The notes: generated from the sequence alone by a model not told the origin. 38,018 bases of DNA from Candidatus Poseidoniia archaeon (GCA_029941645.1 JAPYSZ010000003.1:1-38018), one strand, 5' to 3'. Numbered from the stretch's first letter, positions 1-10,224 are shown. Numbers and translations: made by a program.

Positions 1-470
1 TCAATCGCCATCTTTAATTCTTCACGTGTCACACTTTGAGGATTTTGCCAATTATCATCCAGTCTTCCTCTGTATTCTAATTTTCTATCTTTATTGTATA
101 AAAAAATATCAGGAGTACAAACAGCACTGTATGCTTTTGCTATTTCTTGGGTTTCATCAAAGAGGTAAGGAAAGGGATAATTTTTGTATTTAGCTTTTTC
201 AGCCATTTTTTCAGGTGAATCAGCAGGATAGTTCTCTATATCGTTTGAACTTATTAATACAAAATCGGTTCGTCCTTTGTAGTCATTTCCCAAGTTGACT
301 AATCGGTCTTCTACTGCTTTTGCATAGGGGCAATGGTTGCAGGTAAAAATTACAACTAAAGTTTCAGCTTCAAAATAATCTAGTGAAATATTATTTCCGT
401 TTGTATCTGGCAAATTAAAAGATGGTGCATCGGAGCCTAATTTCACCATAGTTGATTCGGTTAATGACAT
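1..470 (-). CDS. Thioredoxin-fold/peroxiredoxin-like (AhpC/TSA, PRX-like) protein, 3' end truncated by the window edge
   Basis: Not in the ORF track. Manual translation from ATG at 470: MSLTESTMVKLGSDAPSFNLPDTNG...VIFTCNHCPYAKAVE...SSNDIENYPADSPEKM...YPFPYLFDETQEIAKAYSAVCTPDIFLY...YRGRLDD; CxxC motif present; frame stays open to the window edge. Confidence 0.9.
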   Translation of the reverse strand, partial: MSLTESTMVKLGSDAPSFNLPDTNGNNISLDYFEAETLVVIFTCNHCPYAKAVEDRLVNLGNDYKGRTDFVLISSNDIENYPADSPEKMAEKAKYKNYPFPYLFDETQEIAKAYSAVCTPDIFLYNKDRKLEYRGRLDDNWQNPQSVTREELKMAI

Positions 471-490
471 AGGGTAGGAACTATAGCGTC

Positions 491-512
491 TATTAAGAGC
501 ATTTCTTTTAAA
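491..512. promoter_or_regulatory. Back-to-back TATA-like boxes for divergent, probably leaderless genes
   Basis: TTTTAAA at 506-512 lies ~21-27 nt upstream of ATG 533 (+). CTTAATA on the minus strand at 497-491 lies ~21-27 nt upstream of ATG 470 (-). Confidence 0.5.
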
Positions 513-532
513 CCGTTCTAAATAGGACAATA

Positions 533-1924
533 ATGAATATTTCTCAGGATATATTTAGAGCCTATGATATTCGCGGAGTTTATGGCGAAGAACTTGATGC
601 TAATATAGGTAAAAGAGTAGGTTTGGCATTTGGTAATTTCTTGGCAAAGAATAACGACAAAGGTACTGTCTCAATAGGTTGTGATGCTCGTGTAAGTTCA
701 CCTGAATTACAGGAAGCAGTAGCCGCTGGACTTTCTAAGGCTGGTTTTGATGTTGATGTAATTGGAATGGTACCAATACCAGTTGCAAATTTCACCACAT
801 GGAAGGCTAATTCGACATCAAATCCTTACTTGGCAGGGGTTTACATTACAGCAAGCCATAACCCTGCCGAATACAATGGTATTCGCTTCAGACATCCTGA
901 CGGGACAGGATATACTGAAGGAAATCTTGAGATTAAAAGAATTTTCTTTGAAGATGAATTAATAGAATCAAATATCTCTGGAAAAATCAATGAACTTTCT
1001 ACAGATGAGATTTTAGACACGTATGTCAAATTTGTTTCTGATAAAGTCGGTAGCATTGAAGGGATACGCGTAGCACTTGATCCCGGTAATGGTGTAGGTT
1101 GTGTTATTATTGAGAGACTTTTTCAAGAGTTTGGAGCAAAAACTCATAGCATAAATAATGAACCAGATGGTACTTTTCCTAATCGACCTTCAGAACCAGC
1201 TCCAAAGAATCTGAGTGATCTTATTTCTTTAATGGAGAAAGGTGATTATGATCTCGGAATAGCCTTTGATGGAGATGCCGATCGTTGTGTTTTCATAGAT
1301 AATCGAGCTCGGGCGGTTTCAGCGGAGAAAATAGGTATAATTACTTCTAAAAGTTTGATAAAACCAGATTCAAACAAAGTTCTAGCTGGAGTTCCATGTT
1401 CAATGATTCTGGAGGATGAGATTCCTAAGATTGGTGGTGAGTTGATTTGGATTAGAGTTGGAGATGTTTTTGTTTGTGAAGAATTAAAGAAACACAATGC
1501 AGCTATTGCAATGGAGATTTCAGCCCATTTCTTTGCTCCTGGTTTGACTGAATTTATATTTGATGATCCTCTTATTTTCAGTTTGAAATTAGCCGAACAA
1601 GTTTCTAAATCAGGTTTGACCTTGGCAGATTTATCAGATGAAATCCCCTCCTATCCTTATGAAGAATTGAAGTTTAAATGTCTTGATTCTATAAAATTTA
1701 AGGTTAATGAACAATTGGAGAAGACATTCTTAGATATGGGATACAAAGTCGAAACTATTGATGGGGTGAAAATATGGTTAGATGATGGCTGGGTTTTACT
1801 CAGGCCTTCTAACACACAACCAGTCATCCGAATGTTTGTAGAGGCAAAAAATAAACCAAGATTAGAAGCTATTAAGGATGAATTCAAAGCTCATTTTGAT
1901 GAGGCTGTGAGGTCTGTTTCTTGA
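533..1924 (+). CDS. Phosphomannomutase/phosphoglucomutase (alpha-D-phosphohexomutase family)
   Basis: IFRAYDIRG N-terminus, catalytic TASHNP, metal-binding DGDADR, C-terminal LLRPSNTQP. Confidence 0.95.
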   Translation: MNISQDIFRAYDIRGVYGEELDANIGKRVGLAFGNFLAKNNDKGTVSIGCDARVSSPELQEAVAAGLSKAGFDVDVIGMVPIPVANFTTWKANSTSNPYLAGVYITASHNPAEYNGIRFRHPDGTGYTEGNLEIKRIFFEDELIESNISGKINELSTDEILDTYVKFVSDKVGSIEGIRVALDPGNGVGCVIIERLFQEFGAKTHSINNEPDGTFPNRPSEPAPKNLSDLISLMEKGDYDLGIAFDGDADRCVFIDNRARAVSAEKIGIITSKSLIKPDSNKVLAGVPCSMILEDEIPKIGGELIWIRVGDVFVCEELKKHNAAIAMEISAHFFAPGLTEFIFDDPLIFSLKLAEQVSKSGLTLADLSDEIPSYPYEELKFKCLDSIKFKVNEQLEKTFLDMGYKVETIDGVKIWLDDGWVLLRPSNTQPVIRMFVEAKNKPRLEAIKDEFKAHFDEAVRSVS

Positions 1925-2685
1925 TATTACCAGACCCAATAACAATATTTTTCATTACAGTTATTAGTTTGATAATTTCAGGCATTGCATTTTCTAAGAA
2001 AGTTTTGGATCAAGGAGGATCTGCACTAGCTTTTCTTATTTGTTTTATTACAGGTACATTAGGTCATTGGACTTGGTTGCTACTCATGTTGATATTTGTG
2101 GGAGCTTCTTTTTTAGCTACAAAATTTGCTATAGTTTATAAAAAAGCGTTGGGTGTTGAAGAGAGTGATGATGGTACTCGTGGTGGTTCGAATGTTATTT
2201 CTAATGGGATAGTTCCAGCCATTGTGGCTGTATGTTATAGTATGAATTTATTGTCCCCTGAGCAAGCCCTCGTTGCATTTACTACGTCTGTAGCGGCAGC
2301 TACTGCAGATACGATGGCTAGTGAGATAGGTGTACTAGCTCCTGAACCGGTTTTGATTACTAATCCAACAAAACACGTAGAACCTGGAACGAATGGGGGT
2401 ATTTCATTAGAGGGAACAACAGCCTCATTACTTTCTGCAGTCTCGATATCTATGCTTTCTTTTTCTGCTTTTGTTCTAATTATAGAGGAAAATCACGCCT
2501 TTTATTCTTCGTTTGAGGTTAATTTTTTATATATTTCAGCATTTTTTGGGTTTTTGGGTAGTGTTATTGATTCTTTGTTAGGTGCAACACTGGAAAATAG
2601 AGGTATTTTAGGTAATAATGGTGTAAATTTCCTTTCAATATCCTGTGCAGTGATGTTTTCTTTACTCTTTTTGTCACTAAATTGA
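1921..2685 (+). CDS. DUF92/TMEM19 family membrane protein (VTE6-like isoprenyl-phosphate kinase family)
   Basis: Motifs RGGSNVISNG, AAATADTMASEIG, VEPGTNGGISLEGT, GSVIDSLLGATLE, NNGVNF; TTG start overlaps the upstream stop (TTGA). Confidence 0.9.
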   Translation: MILPDPITIFFITVISLIISGIAFSKKVLDQGGSALAFLICFITGTLGHWTWLLLMLIFVGASFLATKFAIVYKKALGVEESDDGTRGGSNVISNGIVPAIVAVCYSMNLLSPEQALVAFTTSVAAATADTMASEIGVLAPEPVLITNPTKHVEPGTNGGISLEGTTASLLSAVSISMLSFSAFVLIIEENHAFYSSFEVNFLYISAFFGFLGSVIDSLLGATLENRGILGNNGVNFLSISCAVMFSLLFLSLN

Positions 2686-2700
2686 TTATTTTACGGGTAT

Positions 2701-2710
2701 TTTTATATAT
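2701..2710 (+). promoter_or_regulatory. TATA box of the thermosome gene
   Basis: TTTTATATAT ~30 nt upstream of ATG 2740. Confidence 0.55.
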
Positions 2711-2739
2711 TGGCCTCGCAAATATTAATTTGTGATACG

Positions 2740-4380
2740 ATGATTCCAGGTAATGCACCGGTTGTAATCCTTAAGGAAGGAACTAAAAGAGACAGTGGTC
2801 GAAGGGCTACGCAGAATAATATTGCAGCAGCTAAAGCGATAGCTGAAGCCGTTAGATCCACATTGGGTCCTAAGGGAATGGACAAAATGTTAGTAGATTC
2901 CATGGGTGATGTGGTGATAACTAATGATGGTGTTACAATCTTGAAAGAAATTGAGGTTGAACATCCTGCAGCTAAAATGGTGGTTGAAGTAGCTAAGACT
3001 CAGGATTCAGAATGTGGAGACGGTACAACTACTGCAGTAATTCTTGCAGGGGAGCTATTGAAAAATGCCGAGGAGTTGTTAGAAAAAGGAGTTCATCCTA
3101 CTGCAATCTCTAATGGATATCGCAGAGCTTGTGTTGAATCACTAAAGCTTTTGGATAAAATAGCTCGGCCAGTTCGTAGAAGTGATAATGCTACATTGAG
3201 AGCTATAGCAGTAACTTCAATGACTGGTAAATCATCTGAAACAAATGCAGATTTCTTGGCAGATTTAACAGTTAAATCAGTTAAATTAGTTTCTAAGAAC
3301 CAAGGTAAAACTACAGAAGTAGACAGAGATGATATAAAAATTCAAAAAAAGCAAGGAGGTTCTATATCTGATACTGAATTAATTTCAGGAATTATATTGG
3401 ACAAAGAACCCGTTCATAGTGGAATGCCAAAGAATGTGAATAATGCTAAAGTTGCTTTAGTAGACGCACCACTTGAAATCAAAAAAACTGAAATAGAATC
3501 TAAAATTCAAATTAATGATCCTTCTCAAATCCAAGCCTTTTTAGATCAGGAAGAGGCCACAATCAAAAAAATGGTGGATAAAATTCATAAAACCAAAGCA
3601 ACAGTTCTTATTTGTCAAAAAGGTATTGACGATTTAGCACAACATTATTTGGCTAAACATGGAATTATGGCTATTCGCAGATCTAAAAAATCAGATATGG
3701 AAGCCTTAGCCAAAGCTACAGGGGGTCGTATCGTATCTAATTTGGATTCTATAAGTAAAGATGACATCGGTTTTGCAGGTCTTGTACAAGTTAGAAAAAT
3801 TGGGGATGATGATATGACGTTTGTAACAGATTGTAAGAATCCTAAGGCCGTTTCTATCTTAGTAAGAGGTGGCAGTGAGCATGTTATCGATGAAATTGAT
3901 AGAAATTTAGCTGATGCTATTGGTGTTGTATCGCTTGTTATTGAAGATGGTAAGATTGTTACGGGCGGAGGAGCTGCTGAGATTGAATTGGCACTTAAAT
4001 TGAGAAAATTTGCACCCCGAATTGGAGGGAGAGAGCAAATGGCCATCGAATCTTTTGCTCATGCGATTGAAGTTGTTCCAATTACACTGGCAGAAAATGC
4101 AGGCCTTGATGTTATTGATACATTAATGGGTCTTAGAAAGGCTCATACTCAAAAAGGTAGAAATCCACATGCAGGATTAGATGCCTTTACCGGTAAAGTC
4201 GTCAATATGCGATCAAGAAATGTTGTTGAACCACTTAGGGTTAAGACACAGGCATTGAGTAGTGCTACAGATGTAGCAACGATGATTCTGAGGATTGATG
4301 ATATCATAGCTTCAAAACAGCCAGAGGGTCCCGAACCAGATGGTAGTGATGGTATGGGCGGCATGCCACCAGGAATGTAA
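2740..4380 (+). CDS. ths: Thermosome (group II chaperonin) subunit
   Basis: [45 protein letters not shown] tail. Start moved from TTG 2710, which lies in the TATA region, to ATG 2740 ([14 protein letters not shown]). Confidence 0.97.
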   Translation: MIPGNAPVVILKEGTKRDSGRRATQNNIAAAKAIAEAVRSTLGPKGMDKMLVDSMGDVVITNDGVTILKEIEVEHPAAKMVVEVAKTQDSECGDGTTTAVILAGELLKNAEELLEKGVHPTAISNGYRRACVESLKLLDKIARPVRRSDNATLRAIAVTSMTGKSSETNADFLADLTVKSVKLVSKNQGKTTEVDRDDIKIQKKQGGSISDTELISGIILDKEPVHSGMPKNVNNAKVALVDAPLEIKKTEIESKIQINDPSQIQAFLDQEEATIKKMVDKIHKTKATVLICQKGIDDLAQHYLAKHGIMAIRRSKKSDMEALAKATGGRIVSNLDSISKDDIGFAGLVQVRKIGDDDMTFVTDCKNPKAVSILVRGGSEHVIDEIDRNLADAIGVVSLVIEDGKIVTGGGAAEIELALKLRKFAPRIGGREQMAIESFAHAIEVVPITLAENAGLDVIDTLMGLRKAHTQKGRNPHAGLDAFTGKVVNMRSRNVVEPLRVKTQALSSATDVATMILRIDDIIASKQPEGPEPDGSDGMGGMPPGM

Positions 4381-4382
4381 GT

Positions 4383-7043
4383 TTAATTTCTTGAAGGATC
4401 TGGTGCGTCAGAGTTTATATCTAAATTTTCCATATAGGATTCAGCTTTAGCTTTAGTTAGTTTTCCTTCTGTTAATAGGGAACTTATTGCAGCTGCAGCA
4501 ATATGCTCTGCATCAATTTCAAAGAATTTCCTTAAATTTTCTCTAGTGTCACTTCTACCAAATCCATCCGTTCCTAGTGTAATATATTCCCCAGGAATCC
4601 ATCTTTCAATCATTTTTGGAACTGCTTTGATATGGTCAGTTGTAGCTATTGTAACCATTTCTTCGTTCTTCATTACTTTTGAAATATAGGGTATTTTTGC
4701 TTTTTTTGTTGGATTTAAAAGATTCCAACGCTCACATTCCATAGCATCTCTTTGGAGTCCTCCAAAGCTTGTTGCACTCCATATCTCACAATTTATTCCC
4801 ATTTCGCTTAGTATTTTATCAGCTGAAATTACTTGTTGCATTATAGAACCACTACCAATCAGGCGCACTATTGGTTTTGTTATCTTCTTAAATCTGTAGA
4901 TTCCTTTGATTATCCCTTCTTCGCTATTCTTAGGTATTGGAGGCATGTCATGATTTTCATTATATAATGTCAAATAATAGAATAAATCCTCATTATTCTC
5001 ATACATTCTTCTTAATCCTTCTTTAATAATAATTCCAATTTCATAGGCGAAAGCGGCGTCATATGACACACAATTTGGTACGGTTGTTGCAGTCAATAAA
5101 CTGTGCCCATCTTGATGTTGCAACCCTTCTCCATTTAGAGTGGTTCTGCCTGCCGTTGCCCCTAAAAGGAAACCTCTAGCCCTTGAGTCTGCTGCGCACC
5201 AAATTTGGTCACCTACTCTTTGGAAGCCAAACATTGAATAATATATGTAGAAAGGAATTGTAGGTTTGCCTACAGTAGAATATGCCATTCCCGCAGCAGT
5301 GAAACTGCTCATTGCACCAGCCTCAGAAATACCTTCTTCCAATATTTGCCCACTTTCGGATTCTTTGTAACTTAGTAAAAGCTGAGAGTCTACGGGCGTG
5401 TAGATTTGCCCTTGCGCATTATATATTTTGAATTCAGTGAAGAGAGCTTCCATTCCAAATGTTCGGGCTTCATCAGGAACGATAGGAACAATGAGATCAC
5501 CTATTTTTTCATCTTTCATCAAATTTCTCAATAATCTAACAAAAGCCATTGTGGTTGAAACTACTTGATTCTTTGGAGTTCCCTTATCAAATTCTGTGAA
5601 TACATCATTTTTAGGCATGTGAAACCCACTATAGCTCGCATTCCTTTTAGGGAGGAAACCACCCAATCTTTCTCTTTGATCCTTCAAGTATTTGATTTCT
5701 TCACTATCTGGTGGTGGTTTGTAGTATGGCATGTCTTCTAATTCCGAATCTGTAAATGGTATTTCTAATAAATCTCTAAAATATTCCCAGTCCGATTTGT
5801 CGAGGGATTTTTTCTGATGTGTCATATTACGTGCTTGAAATCCTTTTCCTAGGGCCCATCCTTTGACTGTCTTTGCTAATATTACTGAGGGTTGATTTTC
5901 GTGTTTTGTGGCCTCATTATAGGCTGCAAATAATTTCGTCGAATCATGACCACCTCTTCTTAATTTAGTAAGGGAATTATCATCCATATCTTCTACAAGT
6001 TTTTTCAATTCATGTTCGGGTCCAAAGAATTTTTCTCTTATGTAATCACCAGACGAAGCTGCAAGTGTTTGATAGTCGCCATCCACTGTTTTTTCCATTT
6101 TTCTGAGGAGGTGACCCCTTTCGTCTTTCAGAAGTAGTGGATCCCAATCTCGCCCCCACAAAACTTTGATTACATTCCATCCCGATCCTCTAAAAATCGC
6201 TTCCAATTCTTGAATAATTTTACCATTGCCTCTTACGGGGCCATCCAGTCTTTGCAGGTTACAATTTACAACAAAGGTCAAATTGTCTAATTTTTCCCTG
6301 TGAGCCAAATGTAAGGCGTGTAATGTTTCCGGTTCGTCACACTCCCCATCGCCCAGGAATGCCCATACTCTACTGTTGGATGTATCTGCAATTCCTCTTT
6401 CTTGAAGATATCTTAAGAATCTTGCATGATATATTGCGTTTGTAGGACCTAATCCCATTGATACAGTAGGAAATTCCCAGAACTCAGGCATTAGTCTTGG
6501 ATGTGGATAACTTGATAATCCATCTGTGAAAGCTTCCCTCCTGAAGTGATCAAGGTGTCCTTCGTTTAATCTTCCTTCAAGATATGCTCTTGAATAAATT
6601 CCTGGTGATGCATGGCCTTGATAATAGATGAAGTCACCTATCCCGTTATTTTTACCTTTGAAGAAATGATGAAATCCGACCTCGTATAGACTAGCAGCTG
6701 AGGCGTAAGTGGATATATGTCCTCCTAAACCTTCAAATTTTTTATTAGCTTTGGATACCATCATAGCAGCATTCCATCTAATTATACGTCTTATTTTCTT
6801 TTCGAGTATTTCATCCCCTGGGTATTTAGGTTCTGATTCAGGCGGTATTGTGTTTACGTATGGACTATTCGTCAGAGGTGGAATTGCTATATTTCTATCT
6901 CTTGCCTCTCTTATCAGAGTTTGTAAGAGGTATCTTGCTCTTTCTTCGCCTTTTATATCAATAACAGAGGCTATTGAATCTATCCATTCCTCTGTTTCTT
7001 GAGGGTCCCTATCCGGTAATTGTTGCCTGTATCCTTTTCCCAT
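4383..7043 (-). CDS. aceE: Pyruvate dehydrogenase E1, homodimeric AceE type
   Basis: DPQETEEW, GGHISTYAS, QGHASPG, LSSYPHP, FPTVSMGLGP, TPP motif GDGECDEPE...NCNLQRLDGP, DEARTFGM, EGLQHQDG, LGTDGFGRSDTR. Confidence 0.96.
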   Translation of the reverse strand: MGKGYRQQLPDRDPQETEEWIDSIASVIDIKGEERARYLLQTLIREARDRNIAIPPLTNSPYVNTIPPESEPKYPGDEILEKKIRRIIRWNAAMMVSKANKKFEGLGGHISTYASAASLYEVGFHHFFKGKNNGIGDFIYYQGHASPGIYSRAYLEGRLNEGHLDHFRREAFTDGLSSYPHPRLMPEFWEFPTVSMGLGPTNAIYHARFLRYLQERGIADTSNSRVWAFLGDGECDEPETLHALHLAHREKLDNLTFVVNCNLQRLDGPVRGNGKIIQELEAIFRGSGWNVIKVLWGRDWDPLLLKDERGHLLRKMEKTVDGDYQTLAASSGDYIREKFFGPEHELKKLVEDMDDNSLTKLRRGGHDSTKLFAAYNEATKHENQPSVILAKTVKGWALGKGFQARNMTHQKKSLDKSDWEYFRDLLEIPFTDSELEDMPYYKPPPDSEEIKYLKDQRERLGGFLPKRNASYSGFHMPKNDVFTEFDKGTPKNQVVSTTMAFVRLLRNLMKDEKIGDLIVPIVPDEARTFGMEALFTEFKIYNAQGQIYTPVDSQLLLSYKESESGQILEEGISEAGAMSSFTAAGMAYSTVGKPTIPFYIYYSMFGFQRVGDQIWCAADSRARGFLLGATAGRTTLNGEGLQHQDGHSLLTATTVPNCVSYDAAFAYEIGIIIKEGLRRMYENNEDLFYYLTLYNENHDMPPIPKNSEEGIIKGIYRFKKITKPIVRLIGSGSIMQQVISADKILSEMGINCEIWSATSFGGLQRDAMECERWNLLNPTKKAKIPYISKVMKNEEMVTIATTDHIKAVPKMIERWIPGEYITLGTDGFGRSDTRENLRKFFEIDAEHIAAAAISSLLTEGKLTKAKAESYMENLDINSDAPDPSRN

Positions 7044-7086
7044 TGTGTTACCTTTTTTTATCTTATAGTCAATTGTATTTATATTG

Positions 7087-8157
7087 TTAGGATTGGAATA
7101 TATTACTGAGTTTGCGTCCTTTTCTTTTTTGATTTCTCATTTTTTGATTAATATATCCAATTAATAATGGGAAAAAAACAGTTGCCTCGCCCCACACCAT
7201 TATTTCTTCCATTTGTTTGTCATTTTTACCCCATGATATTGCTTCCTTGAGGGTAGATCCAGACAATCCTCCATCTCTTAAATCAGCAGTACTAATCTGG
7301 ATTCCAAATTTGTGTTTTTCTACATCGTATCCAAGCATCTCTGCCATAACTACAGCATCTTGGGTATAGTTCTTAGGGACTCCTCCACCAACAACTATTA
7401 TTCCAGATTCTCCACAGTTACTTTGCATGAATGCGATTTCTTTTAAATCTTTGATCGAATCAATAGTCATTCCATTTCTTTCTTTTTGCTGCATTGCTAA
7501 TCCAATACCTATTGAACAGTCATTAATTGCAGGTATGAAAATGGGAATGTCTTCTTCAAAAGCTGCTTGCATTACACTGTCTCTTATTCCTTTGGCCTGT
7601 GACAACCACCGACCACAAATCTTCATAAATTCTCGGCTTGAATAATTACCTTTTGGAATATTTTCAGATATCTTCTTAAATGTTAAATCAACTTGTCTTA
7701 GTGCAGCTTCATCCAATAAGTGATCATATATTCGGTCAATATACAAACTTTGAAGCTCAGAATCATCTTGAATGGGTTTACAAACGTAATGTTTGTGACC
7801 TAATGCCTCCAACATATCTTGTTCAAATAAAGCGCCTGTACACACTAATGCATCCACATGTTTAGCTCTTATTGAATCAATGGTTATTTGTCTTAGGCCT
7901 GCACTGAATATGCTTCCTGAAAGAGACCAAATTATTGCAGTATCGGTGTGAAGTATCTTATAGTATAATTGTGCGGCTAGTCCTATATTTCTAGCCTCAA
8001 AACTGGATTCTGCAAATGAATCCACTAAGTTAGAAATGTCATTTATATCATTAATCTTTATTTGTTTCACTTCATTAGCCAGGAGTTCTTTTTTCCTTTC
8101 TATTTGTTTTTTGGATAACCTGACCACAGGCATATTTGGGATTTCATATTTTCCCAT
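7087..8157 (-). CDS. Deoxyhypusine synthase-like protein (DHS/homospermidine synthase family)
   Basis: IDRIYD, PAINDCSIG, GGGVPKNY, DGGLSGSTLKEAISWGK including the catalytic Lys. Confidence 0.9.
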   Translation of the reverse strand: MGKYEIPNMPVVRLSKKQIERKKELLANEVKQIKINDINDISNLVDSFAESSFEARNIGLAAQLYYKILHTDTAIIWSLSGSIFSAGLRQITIDSIRAKHVDALVCTGALFEQDMLEALGHKHYVCKPIQDDSELQSLYIDRIYDHLLDEAALRQVDLTFKKISENIPKGNYSSREFMKICGRWLSQAKGIRDSVMQAAFEEDIPIFIPAINDCSIGIGLAMQQKERNGMTIDSIKDLKEIAFMQSNCGESGIIVVGGGVPKNYTQDAVVMAEMLGYDVEKHKFGIQISTADLRDGGLSGSTLKEAISWGKNDKQMEEIMVWGEATVFFPLLIGYINQKMRNQKRKGRKLSNIFQS

Positions 8158-8158
8158 C

Positions 8159-8518
8159 TTAGATTCCCTCAGTTGAGATAAGTTTGTTTTTTTCCCTTAT
8201 TTTCAATGCATTTAATTTCAAAGATTTTAATTCGGATAGCATTTCTTTATCATTGGTTGCTATTAAGTATCCGTTCTTTGCAGCATCTATTAGCATATTA
8301 TCGGTATATCCCTCTCCTATGTCTATAATTTCCAAGGCCTTACACATGTTTAGTGCAGCTCTTGCATCTTTTGATTCTAATTTTTCCAATTCAGTAATTA
8401 CACAACTAGGTATAGCTAAATTCCATCCAGGTGCAGCCTTCGAAATTGCTTCTCTGAAATCAGGTCCACCACTAAATGTCCACAAAATGATATTAGTATC
8501 TGCTAAGACAGTCTTCAT
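8159..8518 (-). CDS. PIN-domain protein (Fcf1/Utp24-like), conserved partner of aIF2-gamma/S6e
   Basis: ADTN, VITELE, TDNMLI, IATNDKE acidic PIN residues; position in the archaeal rps6e-eif2g-PIN cluster. Confidence 0.88.
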   Translation of the reverse strand: MKTVLADTNIILWTFSGGPDFREAISKAAPGWNLAIPSCVITELEKLESKDARAALNMCKALEIIDIGEGYTDNMLIDAAKNGYLIATNDKEMLSELKSLKLNALKIREKNKLISTEGI

Positions 8519-9738
8519 TCCTTAATAATTCCATATCCTATTAAGTGCCATTTTCCATCAACTCTTCTACTCAAAGCTATTCTTTGACCAATCGGTGCAC
8601 AAACAGGAATTGTTAAATTAATATCAACGATATTTTTTCTAACGGTAATTGGAATACCTACTGTAGTTCTGGTACCTACAGTTATCATCAGGGGTTCTTT
8701 TGTTTTTAATTCATCCATATCTTGTATATTTTTTGTTCCGACAACCCTGTCCAATAATGTAGCTTCTACACTGAACTTGTTCCAAACTGGTGGTAAAGTA
8801 CCAGGTTTCCCTATAACATTACCCAACAATGAATCTGATTTTGTCATAGCCGGATCTAAACTAGTACCAATTGCAACCAACCCTCCCGGTCCTAATGAAT
8901 CTCTAGCTACACCGCTATGTAGGCTATTGACTTCAGTTTCAATGGTTTCTAATCCCTTTTTGGTTGTCCTTCCAGGTTTTATCTCTATTTTGTCGCCAAC
9001 TTTTATTTTTCCAAGACCAACTGTTCCTCCAAGAACTCCACCTCTCATCTTTTTTGGTTTAGTTCCGGGCTTGTTAATATCAAATGATCGGGCAATCATC
9101 ATTTGAAAATCGCTTTTCAAATCTTTATCAGGAGTTGGAAAAAGTTCTTCTATAGCTTGTATGAGTAAATCAATATTTCTATGGTGGTGTGCTGAAACAG
9201 GTATTATAGGGGAATTTTCCAAAAGAGAGCCTTTTAGGAAATCCTTAATTTCACTGTATGATTCTAAAGATCTTTCTTTTGAGCAAACATCTATTTTACT
9301 CTGTACAATTATAAATTTGTCAAATCCCATTATTTCAAGGGCTGATAGGTGTTCTCTAGTTTGTGGTTGAGGACATTTTTCATTTGCAGCAATAATTAGT
9401 ATTGCAGCATCCATTATTGCAGCTCCGCTGAGCATAATCGCCATCAGTGTTTCGTGACCTGGTGCATCAACAAAACTTACCGTTCTCAGATGTTCTAATT
9501 TTCCGCCCTTAAATTCCTCTTTTCCAGGTTCAGAAGTATAATATTCCTCCCCCCCTTTCATTTTAACATGATAAAAGTCAGCATCAGCATATCCTAATTT
9601 GATGGATATACCTCTTTTCATTTCTTCACTGTGTTGATCGGTCCACTTTCCAGTTAATGCCTGAGTCAACGTTGTCTTTCCATGATCCACGTGCCCCACC
9701 ATTCCGATATTTATCTCGGGTTGTGGAGATGCTGTCAA
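8515..9738 (-). CDS. eif2g: Translation initiation factor aIF2 subunit gamma
   Basis: GHVDHGKTT, RGISIKLGY, SFVDAPGHE, CPQPQTREH, ARSFDINKPG, WHLIGYG; TTG start with GGAGG SD 6 nt upstream. Confidence 0.97.
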   Translation of the reverse strand: MTASPQPEINIGMVGHVDHGKTTLTQALTGKWTDQHSEEMKRGISIKLGYADADFYHVKMKGGEEYYTSEPGKEEFKGGKLEHLRTVSFVDAPGHETLMAIMLSGAAIMDAAILIIAANEKCPQPQTREHLSALEIMGFDKFIIVQSKIDVCSKERSLESYSEIKDFLKGSLLENSPIIPVSAHHHRNIDLLIQAIEELFPTPDKDLKSDFQMMIARSFDINKPGTKPKKMRGGVLGGTVGLGKIKVGDKIEIKPGRTTKKGLETIETEVNSLHSGVARDSLGPGGLVAIGTSLDPAMTKSDSLLGNVIGKPGTLPPVWNKFSVEATLLDRVVGTKNIQDMDELKTKEPLMITVGTRTTVGIPITVRKNIVDINLTIPVCAPIGQRIALSRRVDGKWHLIGYGIIKE

Positions 9739-9739
9739 C

Positions 9740-10129
9740 TTAAGCCTCCTCTGGTTTTAGTAGCTCCTCTATAGATTTAGGTCCGTAGTCAACAACTTTT
9801 AGATTTACTTGTGAGATATCACTACTGATAGTTCGACCTCTAACTAACTTCCTTTTACGTTGACCGTCCTTTGTTGGGTTAAATCCAACAGAACCTTTCA
9901 TCAGTATTTTTCTTCTTTGGTTTCCATTTAAATCACCACGCATGGGTACACCAGACTTATCAGATCCGCCAGTTATTTTCAATCTGTATCCGGGTAATTC
10001 AACAAAAATCCCGTCTATTTCTTCTCCTACAGACTTACCAACTAATGCATTGGATTTGTTTTCTGAAAGGACTTTTTTGTAGGTCATTTTGCTTTTTGGG
10101 TCTGCTATTACGGTTTTGAACTCAGCCAT
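9740..10129 (-). CDS. rps6e: 30S ribosomal protein S6e
   Basis: LKITGGSDKSGVPMR, GQRKRKLVRG, ISQVNLKV; AGGTGA SD upstream. Confidence 0.97.
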   Translation of the reverse strand: MAEFKTVIADPKSKMTYKKVLSENKSNALVGKSVGEEIDGIFVELPGYRLKITGGSDKSGVPMRGDLNGNQRRKILMKGSVGFNPTKDGQRKRKLVRGRTISSDISQVNLKVVDYGPKSIEELLKPEEA

Positions 10130-10224
10130 ATCTCACCTTGTGTGAAGTTTGCGTGATAAAAGCTAATATTTAAAGAATATTGTCAAAAGTAACAATTATA
10201 TAGTAGATATGCACGTACACACCA

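Noticed and set aside
2710..2739. TTG start extending the thermosome by 10 aa
   Set aside because: The TTG lies at the edge of the TATA box; ATG 2740 matches typical thermosome N-termini.
4351..4380. GGM-type repeat at the thermosome C-terminus
   Set aside because: Standard chaperonin tail.
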